In this document: piece after piece, positions 28,713 through 37,958 of the stretch | How positions within the stretch are numbered: position 1 is the first letter of the stretch | Layout: each line of letters opens with the position of its first letter | From: Candidatus Bipolaricaulis sibiricus | Lineage (GTDB): Bacteria; Bipolaricaulota; Bipolaricaulia; Bipolaricaulales; Bipolaricaulaceae | Length of the DNA stretch: 64,000 bases | Assembly (NCBI GenBank): GCA_004102645.1 | Contig: CP034928.1 | Location: forward strand, 1,106,153-1,170,152 | Reading direction: 5' to 3' | Made by a program: the position numbers and the translations under genes | The notes under the pieces: generated by a model | The model's database searches: none | Seen by the model: the letters and a program-made list of their open reading frames with translations, nothing else | Told to the model about the DNA's origin: nothing

Positions 28713-29465
28713 TCAGTGATCGCCGGGTCTGATCGGGACGAGAACGTAGCCCATGTCGAGGTCGCCGAAGCGGCGGCAGCCGGCCTCGCCCCAGTACCAG
28801 AGGTGGAGGGCGATGTAGGCGCAGACCAGGGCATCGAGGAGGTCCTCGACCGCCTTGAGGGCCCGACCGCGGAGGCCCTCGGGGTCGAGGGTCGCCAGCA
28901 ATGGTTCGGCGTCGAGGGACGGCTCGGACTCCGCAAGTGTCCCCAGGAGACCGCGTAACCGACGGAGCTCCGCCCACCGGGAGGCCAGGGTTCGTCCGGG
29001 GCGGGCCTTGTACTTGAGCGTCTTCTCGAGCCCAAACAGCTCGACGGTCGCTGGGTGGGGGTAGACCTCGACAACCTGCCGTGCCTCCGTCCTGCGGGGC
29101 ACACTCGGTCCAAGGCCGAACCCGAGCGTACCCAGGCAAGAAGCGAGCGTCTCGCCCCGCACCTCGGGGCCGAGACGGGCGCGGTTGGCCGGGTAGGCGC
29201 CGGCCTCCTGGCGGCGGTAGGCACGGGAGAGGGCCCGGTCGCACGGCCGCGCTCCCCCGTCGTTGGGGACGATGAGCGGGGCATCGATCGCCACCAGAGC
29301 GTTCCCGCGTCCCACCCCCCGCCCGATGAATGAGAGGATCGCCTCGTCGTCTCCGAGCGCGCCTTCCCACACGCGGGGCCGGCCGACCGCACCATCCCCA
29401 TCCAGGACCACGGCCGCGGTGGGATTCCGGCGTGACCAGGCCAGATCGACGCCGACGAACCGCAC
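28713..29465 (-). CDS. DUF429-family RNase H-like predicted nuclease
   Basis: FVGVDLAW, VAIDAP, RPCD, EVYPH and DLLDALVCA. Confidence 0.88.
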   Translation of the reverse strand: MRFVGVDLAWSRRNPTAAVVLDGDGAVGRPRVWEGALGDDEAILSFIGRGVGRGNALVAIDAPLIVPNDGGARPCDRALSRAYRRQEAGAYPANRARLGPEVRGETLASCLGTLGFGLGPSVPRRTEARQVVEVYPHPATVELFGLEKTLKYKARPGRTLASRWAELRRLRGLLGTLAESEPSLDAEPLLATLDPEGLRGRALKAVEDLLDALVCAYIALHLWYWGEAGCRRFGDLDMGYVLVPIRPGDH

Positions 29466-29468
29466 GGA

Positions 29469-30524
29469 CTACGGGATCTCGGGCGACGCCTCGAGAATCG
29501 AAAGCCTGTACTGGCCGCTCCCGCTGCGGAGGGAGATGCGGATGAACAGCCGGCATACCCCGTCCAGGAAGCACTCCTCGGCCAGGGGGGCGCAGTCCAC
29601 ACCGGGGTAGCAGGGGACACGCGTGACCGACGGTCTCGACACGTTCAAGCACTCGGTAAGGACGTCACCGCAGGGATCGTGAATCAGGAACACGTCAACC
29701 ACCAGGTTGCCCGGATCGAGCCACACAAGGAACGCGTCACCGTAGGACGCCTGGATCCTGTACCAGTCCTGGAAGTCACCCTCGCCGAGCGATCCCACGT
29801 AGTGGCCAGGCCGGAGGAGCACCGCATCTTCTCCTGGCCCGAACGACTCCGGTAGGGTCTGCCGGGGGACCGTGGCCAGGTCAAGCCCGGGGATCAAACA
29901 GTCCGCAGGCACGTCCTCCACCCGGCACAGAAAGTCAGGCCCCGCACTGCACGTCGGTTCTGGAGGTTGCGGCGTGGGCAGCGGGGGAGGCGGTGGGGGC
30001 GGGGTGGGCAGAGTCGGTAGCGGAACAGGCGTTACAGCGACCGGCCGCGCGCCGAAGGTCAGGCTACCCCACGAGAAACCAACGTGCGGATCACAGCCCA
30101 GCACCCGCTGCGCGATGATCACGAGCTCAGGCCCAGTGGGGAAGATCCGGGTCTCGCCGCGGACCGGGTACGCGATGAGACACTCGGCTCCGGGAGCCGC
30201 CACATTGCGCAACCAGAGGTCGGCTCGCTGCCAGTACCGATCTCCCGGCGACTGGTAGTAGAGGCGCACGAGCACGTCCCGCCCCACGTAGCAGGTAGCG
30301 CAGATGTCGTTCGCCACTCCCTCCACCACGAGGGGGAGGGCTCCACCCACAGGGACGTTCGAGAACCGCCACGTCGCGGTGTCCGTGAGGCGGGCGTTCG
30401 ACAGCCAACACACGTCCCCGCGATTCTCACCAGAACAGACAAACGAATTGGCCTCCATTCCCCAGCCCGGGGAAGACAGCATGAGGAGAACGACGCTGAA
30501 CGCTGCCCAGGCAACCCGTGTCAC
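29469..30524 (-). CDS. Secreted Cys-rich protein with a Pro-rich linker and PPC-like C-terminal domain
   Basis: Signal peptide (AWAAFSVVLLMLSSPGWG), PLPTLPTPPPPPPPLPTP linker and GHYVGSLGEGDFQDWYRI. Confidence 0.75.
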   Translation of the reverse strand: MTRVAWAAFSVVLLMLSSPGWGMEANSFVCSGENRGDVCWLSNARLTDTATWRFSNVPVGGALPLVVEGVANDICATCYVGRDVLVRLYYQSPGDRYWQRADLWLRNVAAPGAECLIAYPVRGETRIFPTGPELVIIAQRVLGCDPHVGFSWGSLTFGARPVAVTPVPLPTLPTPPPPPPPLPTPQPPEPTCSAGPDFLCRVEDVPADCLIPGLDLATVPRQTLPESFGPGEDAVLLRPGHYVGSLGEGDFQDWYRIQASYGDAFLVWLDPGNLVVDVFLIHDPCGDVLTECLNVSRPSVTRVPCYPGVDCAPLAEECFLDGVCRLFIRISLRSGSGQYRLSILEASPEIP

Positions 30525-30608
30525 ACCCCAACACCCCCTTGTGGACCTCCAGTCATTGTAGGGTGGAACAGGGGCAGACGACAAGTGATCGACGTCACAC
30601 CGGAGTCC

Positions 30609-31631
30609 TCAACGAGGTCTCTGGGCCAGCGCTTGCCACAGCGCCGTGTAGTCGGACCTTGGATTCCAGAAGAGATAGCCGTCTGCCCCGGCGTCCTCCA
30701 CAGCGCGAATCTGGGCAGCGATGTACGCCGGGAGGGTCATCCCACTGGGGAGCGCCATGTCGAAGGCCTGCAGATAGGGGCGAACGGCAATCGACGCTCG
30801 CCCCACCGCGTCGCGCGTCGCCTGAAGAACCGTCCGGTACGGGTCATCCTTGAACGCCTGCTCCACGTAGTGGGATGGGTAGACCATTGGCGACACAGCG
30901 TCCACCCATTGGGCGATACCCTCCAGATGCTGTCCGATGGGGTCGATGCGGCGGGCGTTCCAGGGAAACGTCACCCGCCCGTACACATCCGCCGAGATGG
31001 GGAGGGTCAAGCGCTCTCCCGCTCGCGCCAGAAACGCCTCCACCGCCTGACAGCGCTCGGTGTAGTCGGGGCCGATCGGCCCGTCGTCTGGAAACCGGAT
31101 GTAGTCGAACTGGATCTCGTCGAACCCGGCGCGTTCGACCTCGGCAGCGAGGTCGAGGTTGTACGAGGTCGCCGCTGACACCGTCGGGAGCACCCACGGG
31201 GCGCTCGAGACCCCCAGATACCGAGCGAGGAAGGGATCGTAGAACACCACCAGGCGGGCGATGATGTAGAGCCCGCGCGCGTGCACTGCCCCCACGAGGG
31301 CCGACAGGTCGAGCAACCGCTTGACCGCCCCGATCTCGCGCGCCAGCGGGACGTCGGACGCGTAGCACACCTCGCCGTGGTTGTTCTTCACATCCACCAC
31401 CACGGTGTCCAGCCCGTGTCGGACCAGGTTGTCCAGGACGTCCTCGAACAAGGCGCCTTGGCTTGCGGCGTAGGCAGTGAGGTACACCCCACGTCGGTCA
31501 TGGACCGACAACCGGGGAGCAGGGGAACTGGGCGAGCTGAGGACTGCGGCGGTCGGGGCGTGCCCCAGCCACGCGATGCCCACCAAGCCGGCCACGAGGG
31601 AGAACAACGCGAATCGGTACCTGACGTTCAT
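30609..31631 (-). CDS. Putative glycoside hydrolase (DUF4015-like)
   Basis: RRGVYLT, VVVDVKNNHG, YIIARLVVFYDP, GFDEIQFDYIRFP and SPMVYPSHY. N-terminal signal or anchor. Confidence 0.85.
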   Translation of the reverse strand: MNVRYRFALFSLVAGLVGIAWLGHAPTAAVLSSPSSPAPRLSVHDRRGVYLTAYAASQGALFEDVLDNLVRHGLDTVVVDVKNNHGEVCYASDVPLAREIGAVKRLLDLSALVGAVHARGLYIIARLVVFYDPFLARYLGVSSAPWVLPTVSAATSYNLDLAAEVERAGFDEIQFDYIRFPDDGPIGPDYTERCQAVEAFLARAGERLTLPISADVYGRVTFPWNARRIDPIGQHLEGIAQWVDAVSPMVYPSHYVEQAFKDDPYRTVLQATRDAVGRASIAVRPYLQAFDMALPSGMTLPAYIAAQIRAVEDAGADGYLFWNPRSDYTALWQALAQRPR

Positions 31632-31731
31632 GGGGAAGGCCACAGTAGCGGGCGGGCGACGCTCGCAGAGGGACCTCGGTCCTCTCGACCGAGGGTGTTG
31701 TGTCCGTTGGCTGACGGGCTACCATCCCTCC

Positions 31732-32493
31732 ATGTCCGGGCGGTGGGTGCTTGCGGGTCGTGTGGTCCCCGCCTGGGGATTCCTGTTCGACAAGGATGGC
31801 ACCCTCCTCACCTTCGCCCACTGGCGGGCGGTGATGGAGGAGCGCGCACGCCGACTGGCCGAGGAGCTGAACCTGAGCGAGCCCCAGCGGCAGGCGTTGG
31901 CGCGATGGATGGGGGGAAGTTCGGACCACGGACAGGATGAGAGCTGGGGGCTCATCCCTCTTCCCCGCCCCGATGCCGAGCAGGCGGTGGCCGAACGGCT
32001 TGCCACCGTGCTCGGGCTCGATCGCCCGACCCTCCACGCTCGCGTAGCGCGGGTGTTCCGCGAGGTCGACCGTGACTTCCCCTTCGAGCATCATCTTCAG
32101 CCAACCCCAGGCGCCGAGGCGTGCCTGCGGGCGATCCGCCGTGGTGGGGGCCGGTCCGCGGTTGTCACCCATGACGTTCCGTCCGCGGCCGGCCGCCATC
32201 TGGCCGCACTGGGGTGGGACCACCTCGTGGACGTGGTGATCGGACTGGACGGGACCATGGAGCGCAAGCCAAGCCCTCAACCCCTGCTTGCGGCGTGTCG
32301 TGCGTTGGGCGTGCCTCCGGAGGAGACGGTGATGGTAGGGGACACCGTGACCGATCTCGTTGCCGGACGCGGAGCGGGGTGCGCACTCACGGTGGGCGTG
32401 CTCACCGGACTCGATCCGCGTGAGAAACTGGCTCCTCATGCGGACATCGTGGCTCCCGACCTCGCCACCCTCGGGCTGGCGCGTGCCGACTGA
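31732..32493 (+). CDS. HAD-family hydrolase (phosphoglycolate phosphatase-like)
   Basis: FDKDGTL, VVTH, KPSPQP and MVGDTVTD. Confidence 0.9.
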   Translation: MSGRWVLAGRVVPAWGFLFDKDGTLLTFAHWRAVMEERARRLAEELNLSEPQRQALARWMGGSSDHGQDESWGLIPLPRPDAEQAVAERLATVLGLDRPTLHARVARVFREVDRDFPFEHHLQPTPGAEACLRAIRRGGGRSAVVTHDVPSAAGRHLAALGWDHLVDVVIGLDGTMERKPSPQPLLAACRALGVPPEETVMVGDTVTDLVAGRGAGCALTVGVLTGLDPREKLAPHADIVAPDLATLGLARAD

Positions 32494-32530
32494 ACCGACC
32501 CGGCCGAGGGGGACAGGAGCACCGCTGTCC

Positions 32531-32607
32531 TGGTGGGCCCGCCTGGACTCGAACCAGGGACCTCGCGCTTATCAGGCGCGCGCTCTAACCACCTGAGCTA
32601 CGGACCC
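32531..32607 (-). tRNA. tRNA-Ile (GAT)
   Basis: GGGTCCGTAGCTCAGGTGGTTAGAGC...CTGATAA...GGTTCGAGTCC...ACCA gives a cloverleaf with encoded CCA, 77 nt. Confidence 0.97.
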
Positions 32608-32757
32608 GGAGGGCTGGATCTTAGCCGCACGCATCTAGGCCCTCAACCGGACGCCATCGGCCGCACATCGACGGGGGAGCCGAACGGAGCAACGCTTGTG
32701 GGCACGATGCGGGAATGCTATGATCCTCAACGATCCGAGCGAACAGGAGGGAACCCG

Positions 32758-33180
32758 ATGACCAAGAGCGTAGCCGAGATGTTGAGGGACGTTCCGTTGT
32801 TCTCGTCGTTCACCGACAAGCACCTCCAAGCGGTCGCCAAAACCGCCAAGGAGACGGAATTCGAGGCCGGCAAGCCGATTGTGAAGGAAGGCGATCGAAG
32901 CAAGGTCGGCTTCTTCCTCATCCTTGAGGGGCAGGTCGAGGTGCGCAAGGGCGGCAAGGTTCTGTCTCGTCTCGGGTCCGGCCAGTTCTTCGGCGAAATG
33001 GCCGTGCTCGACGGCCAACCCCGCTCAGCCGATGTGGTCGCGGTTGCCCCCACGAAGTGCCTTGTCCTCGCAAGCTGGGACATCAAGGCCCTGATCACAA
33101 CCTACCCCGACATCGCCCTCGAGATCATCGGGGAACTCACGCGGCGTCTGCGCCAGACGAGCATGGCGCTCTCCGAGTAG
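32758..33180 (+). CDS. Stand-alone cyclic nucleotide-binding domain protein
   Basis: FFLILEGQVEV, GQFFGEMAVLDGQPRSADV. AGGAGG RBS and extended -10 TGcTATGAT. Confidence 0.92.
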   Translation: MTKSVAEMLRDVPLFSSFTDKHLQAVAKTAKETEFEAGKPIVKEGDRSKVGFFLILEGQVEVRKGGKVLSRLGSGQFFGEMAVLDGQPRSADVVAVAPTKCLVLASWDIKALITTYPDIALEIIGELTRRLRQTSMALSE

Positions 33181-33252
33181 GCCCCGGCAACAGGGGGAAC
33201 CGCAGTACGCCCACCGCGTCAGGTCGATGGGCCTGTCGCGGGGTGCCGAGCG

Positions 33253-33960
33253 CTAGATCGGAACTGGGGTCTCCCGTTGGAGATCGGCAGCGAAGCCCTG
33301 TTCGAGGTGCGCGAGCCGGACCAAGAACGCGGCAAGGATCACCGCGAAGTGGCACATCACCGACGGCAGCGCGCCATCAGAGGCTGGCAGGAGCTGCGCC
33401 GTGATCACCGCCGGCCCGAGAAAGGCCAGGGAACCCGTTAGCACCAGCCTCGCCAGGCGCCCGTTGTGGGGATCCCGTGGCCGTGCCGCCCCGTATCCCG
33501 AGAACACGACCAGGCCCAGGAGACCCGTCCAGTAGAATCCAGAGTAGGCCAGGAAACCAGGGGTCGGATGGCTGTACCGGGCGTAGACCGCCTCACAGAC
33601 CGAGAGCCGGGCGAAGCTCGGATCAAACCCAATCCAGAACTGGATCACAACAGCACAGGTGAGCATCGCAGCGGCGAAGCCGCGGGCTACACCTGCCCCG
33701 GCACCGAGCAGAAACGACACCAGAAGAACCCCCAGCGGGGGGAGCCACGTTACAACCATGAACGCGAGCCGGGGAAGAAAGCTGGAACCAGGCGCGATCG
33801 AGCACAGCGTCGCCTCCACGATCTGGTAGGCTGCAAGGAACAGCAGAAGCGCTGTCGTGACGAACAGGACCGGCCTCCGCCCTTGACCCCTCAGCACCCA
33901 CGCCGCAGCACCCAGCTCGAACCCGGCGGTCGCGACCGCCAACGCGGGCGAATACATCAC
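33253..33960 (-). CDS. Multi-pass membrane protein of unknown function
   Basis: About 7 hydrophobic segments; GGAGG RBS; conserved-looking SVMCHFA. Confidence 0.75.
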   Translation of the reverse strand: MMYSPALAVATAGFELGAAAWVLRGQGRRPVLFVTTALLLFLAAYQIVEATLCSIAPGSSFLPRLAFMVVTWLPPLGVLLVSFLLGAGAGVARGFAAAMLTCAVVIQFWIGFDPSFARLSVCEAVYARYSHPTPGFLAYSGFYWTGLLGLVVFSGYGAARPRDPHNGRLARLVLTGSLAFLGPAVITAQLLPASDGALPSVMCHFAVILAAFLVRLAHLEQGFAADLQRETPVPI

Positions 33961-34034
33961 GCGAACCTCCTTTGGACAACGTGCGGTCTTGGCCTTCCGC
34001 GCCCGACCCAGCGTGTTCTTGCCGACATCGCCCC

Positions 34035-35231
34035 TCAGGCCGCGATGCAGCGTAGGGAGGTCTGCGGTCGGCTCAAGAACTCACATCCCCTCGCCGTGAC
34101 CAGCACATCTTCCTCGAGGCCAACCGGCCCGTAGCGGACGGTCGGCACGTGGAGCTCAAGGGTGAACACGTTTGCCTCCTCCACGACGCCGAACGGCGCA
34201 TCGCCGTAGCGCTCCCACGGCGGGCCGAGGAGAGTGCCACCGTCGTGGGCGAACCGCCCGATCTGGTGGCCCAGCGCGTGCGCGAACGGGGGGTACCCGC
34301 GGGCAACAACGTGAGCGCGGGCCACAGCGTCCACGTCCACGCCGCGCACGCCGGGGCGGAGGAAATCCGCGGCAACGGCGATTGCATCCCGAACCGTGGC
34401 AAAGGCGCGAGCAACCTCGTCCGGTACTTCATCGACCTCACCGAAGAAGTACATCCGCTGGAGATCGGCGCTGTATCCCTCCGCTTGGACGCCGAAGTCG
34501 AGGTGGAGAAGATGGCCCCGCTTGGTGCGGTTCTCGGAGGGCGCCCCGTGCCCAAACGCCTTCTCTGGACCCGCGTCCACGGCTGGATTCGACGCCGGCT
34601 GCCACGCAAAGCCCACACCGAGCTCTCCCATCCGCCGGTGCACGAACGCTTGGATCTCCCGTTCGGTCTGGCCCACCGCTAGGAAGCCCTCGAGCTCGGC
34701 GAGGATCCCCTCGGTCAGTCGGACGGCGCGGCGAATCCGCTCCTGCTCGAGCGGGCTCTTGCGGCCCCGGAATCGTGCGATCACGCGCTCGGCGCTCACC
34801 AGGCGGGCCGCGTGTGAGGTTGGAGCAAGGAGATCAAGGAGCAACGCCTTCATCCCCGCGGTCAGGCCGTCGGCGCCCACGTCGCTCTTGCTCTCGTTGA
34901 TGCCGATCGTTCGGGGAGCGATCCGGTCCAGCTCCGCCTGCAGGAGCGCAGCGATCCCCTCGGTGTAGGGGACGACGCGATCGTACAGGTCGGCCGGGAT
35001 CACCGCGGCGTCGAACGACCCGACGATCGCCACCCGCTCCCCGGTCGCCGTGAACAGGAGCGCCGATGGCCACACGAGGTCCGCCCCAAGGACGAGAGGG
35101 AGAACGGGGTCGGGGGTGTGGACCGTCTCCCGAACCCAGACCAGCCAGACGTCCATTCCTGTCTCGGCAAGGATCGCCGGAAGCTGAGCGAGCTTCTCCT
35201 CCTGCAAACGGTTGTCCCCGCAGGTGTCCAT
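34035..35231 (-). CDS. M24-family metallopeptidase
   Basis: HLDFGV...YSADLQR, HALGHQIG...HD, FTLE and GLEED. Start MDTCG. Confidence 0.9.
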   Translation of the reverse strand: MDTCGDNRLQEEKLAQLPAILAETGMDVWLVWVRETVHTPDPVLPLVLGADLVWPSALLFTATGERVAIVGSFDAAVIPADLYDRVVPYTEGIAALLQAELDRIAPRTIGINESKSDVGADGLTAGMKALLLDLLAPTSHAARLVSAERVIARFRGRKSPLEQERIRRAVRLTEGILAELEGFLAVGQTEREIQAFVHRRMGELGVGFAWQPASNPAVDAGPEKAFGHGAPSENRTKRGHLLHLDFGVQAEGYSADLQRMYFFGEVDEVPDEVARAFATVRDAIAVAADFLRPGVRGVDVDAVARAHVVARGYPPFAHALGHQIGRFAHDGGTLLGPPWERYGDAPFGVVEEANVFTLELHVPTVRYGPVGLEEDVLVTARGCEFLSRPQTSLRCIAA

Positions 35232-35271
35232 GGGGCAGAGTGTACGGAGCGGGCGGGCGCGAGGCCCGGCC

Positions 35272-35631
35272 TCAGCCGTCGCCGATCGGGGGAACGGGGT
35301 GGAGGAAGTGCTGGAACTCGATCCGGCGCCCGTCGGGATCGGTCCCGAAGAAGTGGTAGATGCGGTACCGGGGGTTCTCCACCGGTGTGGAGGTGGCGAC
35401 GTCGGCGAGCTGGCGGTACATCCCGTCCACATCCGCCCGGTGCGGGTAGAAGAAGGTGAGGAGCACATCGCGGTCCGGAGTCGGCTGCCGGTGGAACCCC
35501 ACCAGCATGTTCCCATGGCGGAGGATCGTGATCTCCGGCTGCTCCAACCAGACCACCATCCCCACGCGCCGTATGTAGAACTCTCGCACCGCTTCGAACT
35601 GGGCTGTCCTGAGGAAAACGATGCCCGCCAT
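35272..35631 (-). CDS. VOC/glyoxalase-family protein
   Basis: VREFYIRRVG and YHFFGTDPDGRRIEFQ. Confidence 0.88.
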   Translation of the reverse strand: MAGIVFLRTAQFEAVREFYIRRVGMVVWLEQPEITILRHGNMLVGFHRQPTPDRDVLLTFFYPHRADVDGMYRQLADVATSTPVENPRYRIYHFFGTDPDGRRIEFQHFLHPVPPIGDG

Positions 35632-35810
35632 GTTCCCAGTCTAGCCTGTAGCGCGAAGGGCCACCAGGGCCGACCGCGTGGCCACCGCCCCCGGTCGTGG
35701 GAGATGGAGGGGAGCGTCAGCTCCTCACACCGAGGTGCGGCTTTGCCCCCCCCGCGAAGACACGCGCGGTGGGAGAGTTCCCACCGCGCGGATGAGCCTA
35801 CAGGTTCCAG

Positions 35811-36269
35811 CTACCGACAGGAGCACTTGCGCTCCATCACCCTCCCCAACATCCGCCCTGCGACTCCCCGACCCGCGGGCATGGCCCCCCGGACGTCTGT
35901 CCGTCCGCCCATTCGCCCCCGCAGGAGAGCGAGCTGGTCCGGGGTGATCTTGCCATCAGCCATCGCTTCGGCGAACACTTCGCGCAGCGCCTGACGGGCC
36001 TCGATGCGATCCTTCATCAGTTGCGCCTGCTCGGCCGTGATCCGTCCCGCAGCTACGGCCTCATCGATCATTTCCAGTCGGGCCTTGGAGAACGCGGTCA
36101 CGAGGTCGTCCACGCTCACGCCAAGGTTCGCCGCCACCTTCGCGAGGAGACCCTCCCGCGGAGAGGTCGCGCTGTCGGTGTCCGCCTGAGCGAACACCAC
36201 GAATGCCACGGTCGTCGCGGCGACCACGGCCATCACAGCCATCACAATCGCCTTCGTTCGGTTGATCAT
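35811..36269 (-). CDS. Secreted helical protein (DUF2680/YckD-like)
   Basis: AAGGAGGA RBS, signal peptide and IDEAVAAGRITAEQA repeated as MADGKITPDQ. Confidence 0.7.
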   Translation of the reverse strand: MINRTKAIVMAVMAVVAATTVAFVVFAQADTDSATSPREGLLAKVAANLGVSVDDLVTAFSKARLEMIDEAVAAGRITAEQAQLMKDRIEARQALREVFAEAMADGKITPDQLALLRGRMGGRTDVRGAMPAGRGVAGRMLGRVMERKCSCR

Positions 36270-36485
36270 TGCCGTCCTCCTTGTTGACATCTCGAGGTGT
36301 TGGTCCAAAGGGTGCCACCCAACGGTGGAGTACCCCGTGCGGTGTTGTGGCAGGACTGTGGAGGCCGGTGGACCCCGATGTAGAGGCGCTCCCTTCCGCC
36401 GCCCCCGCTTGCGCGGACCCACGTTCGTCCCCTGCAGGGCGCCGGCCGCACCTTCCTCCCCATCGGGCCGTGGTAGGATCGTCCC

Positions 36486-37742
36486 ATGGACCCGGTCACC
36501 CTGTTCTACCGGTTCGGGCTGGCTCTCGTCATCGGCGGCTTGGTCGGCCTACAGCGGGAGTACGCGCAGGGAGAAGGACGGGGAGCGTTCGCCGGGGTCC
36601 GCACGTTCCCGCTGTTCGCCCTGGCCGGCGCAGGGGGGGCCCTGATCGCAGAGGCCCTCTCCCAGCCGTGGGCGTTCCTCGTCCTCCTGGCGGTGGTGGG
36701 ACTGCTGATCGTCGTGTCACACGGGATCAGTGCCTGGCGGGGCGAGGTCGGGCTGACGACAGAGATGGCGGCCATTCTCACCTTCCTTGTCGGCGCACTC
36801 TGCTATTGGGGGATGATCGAGCTCGCCGCTGCGCTTGGGGTTACGGTCACCGTGCTCCTGTCCCTGAAGCTCGAGCTGCGCAGGTTCGCCCAGCAGCTCA
36901 CCCAGGCTGACGTCCTGGCTGTCCTCAAGCTCGCCGTGATCACGGCGATCGTCCTCCCCCTCCTCCCGAACCGCACGTTCGGCGGAGCGCCATGGGATGC
37001 GTTCAACCCCCATCGCGTCTGGCTGATGGTGGTCCTGGTGTCCGGGGTCGGGTTCGCGGGGTACGTGCTCATGAAGCGGCTGGGACCCGGAAGGGGGATC
37101 AGCCTCACGGGGTTCATCGGTGGGCTCGTATCCAGCACCGCCGTCACACTGAGCTTCTCCCAGCGCGGGCGGCGAGAGCCGATGTTGGCTCAAGCCCTCG
37201 CCCTCGGAATCGTCGCCGCCTGGACCGTGATGTTCGCCCGGGTGCTGGTCGTGGTATCTGTGGTCAACCCCCAGCTCCTTCCGCGGATCGCCCCGCCGAT
37301 CGTTACCGCGGGGCTAGTTGGACTGGCCTACTCTCTGGTTCTGTTGAGAGCCGCGCAGCGTGGCCAGGCCCCGGCGTTGAACGTCGGTGCGCCGTTCGAG
37401 CTGGGACCCGCCGTCCGGTTCGGAGTCCTCTACGCGGCGATCCTTCTTGCGGCGCGGGCCGCCCACCTGTACCTGGGAGACCTGGGGATCTACCTCTCGA
37501 GCATCGTGGCATCCGTAGCCAATGTGGATGCGATCACGCTCACCATGGCCGAACTCGGACGCGCCGGGGGGAGCGTGGACCCCGTCACGGCGGGCCGGGC
37601 GATCGTCATCGCCGCGATGACGAACACGCTCGTGAAGGGTGGGATGGTGGCAGCGCTCGGTGGTCACTCGTTGCGCAGGGCAATCGGGCCCGGGTTGGCG
37701 GCGATGCTCCTCGCTGGGGTCGGCCTCGCCTTCATCTTCTGA
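36486..37742 (+). CDS. MgtC/SapB-family membrane protein with DUF4010 domain
   Basis: GGLVGLQRE, AGVRTFPL, GLTTE, GGLVSSTAVT and NVDAITL. Confidence 0.92.
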   Translation: MDPVTLFYRFGLALVIGGLVGLQREYAQGEGRGAFAGVRTFPLFALAGAGGALIAEALSQPWAFLVLLAVVGLLIVVSHGISAWRGEVGLTTEMAAILTFLVGALCYWGMIELAAALGVTVTVLLSLKLELRRFAQQLTQADVLAVLKLAVITAIVLPLLPNRTFGGAPWDAFNPHRVWLMVVLVSGVGFAGYVLMKRLGPGRGISLTGFIGGLVSSTAVTLSFSQRGRREPMLAQALALGIVAAWTVMFARVLVVVSVVNPQLLPRIAPPIVTAGLVGLAYSLVLLRAAQRGQAPALNVGAPFELGPAVRFGVLYAAILLAARAAHLYLGDLGIYLSSIVASVANVDAITLTMAELGRAGGSVDPVTAGRAIVIAAMTNTLVKGGMVAALGGHSLRRAIGPGLAAMLLAGVGLAFIF

Positions 37743-37796
37743 CGCGAACCCCAGTGAGGACCGCTATAATGGTCCAATCCAAGAAGGAGGTCAGCG

Positions 37797-37958
37797 ATGG
37801 AAAAGTGGGAATGCACGGTCTGCGGATGGATCTACGATCCCGCGAAAGGGGACCCTACCCAGGGCATCTCGCCCCGGACGGCGTTTGAGGACCTCCCCGA
37901 GGACTGGTTGTGCCCGGAGTGCGGTGCTCCGAAGGACATGTTTGAGCTTGTAGGCTAA
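37797..37958 (+). CDS. Rubredoxin (53 aa; absent from the ORF track)
   Basis: [15 protein letters not shown]...[26 protein letters not shown] and AAGGAGG upstream. Confidence 0.96.
   Translation: MEKWECTVCGWIYDPAKGDPTQGISPRTAFEDLPEDWLCPECGAPKDMFELVG

Noticed and set aside
32494-35631. Prophage or genomic island integrated at tRNA-Ile
   Set aside because: There is no integrase, no duplicated tRNA 3' end and no phage-like genes on either side.
36336-36360. TGTG repeats spaced about 11 bp upstream of the 36269 gene (possible response-regulator site)
   Set aside because: The 4-mers are too short to separate from chance.
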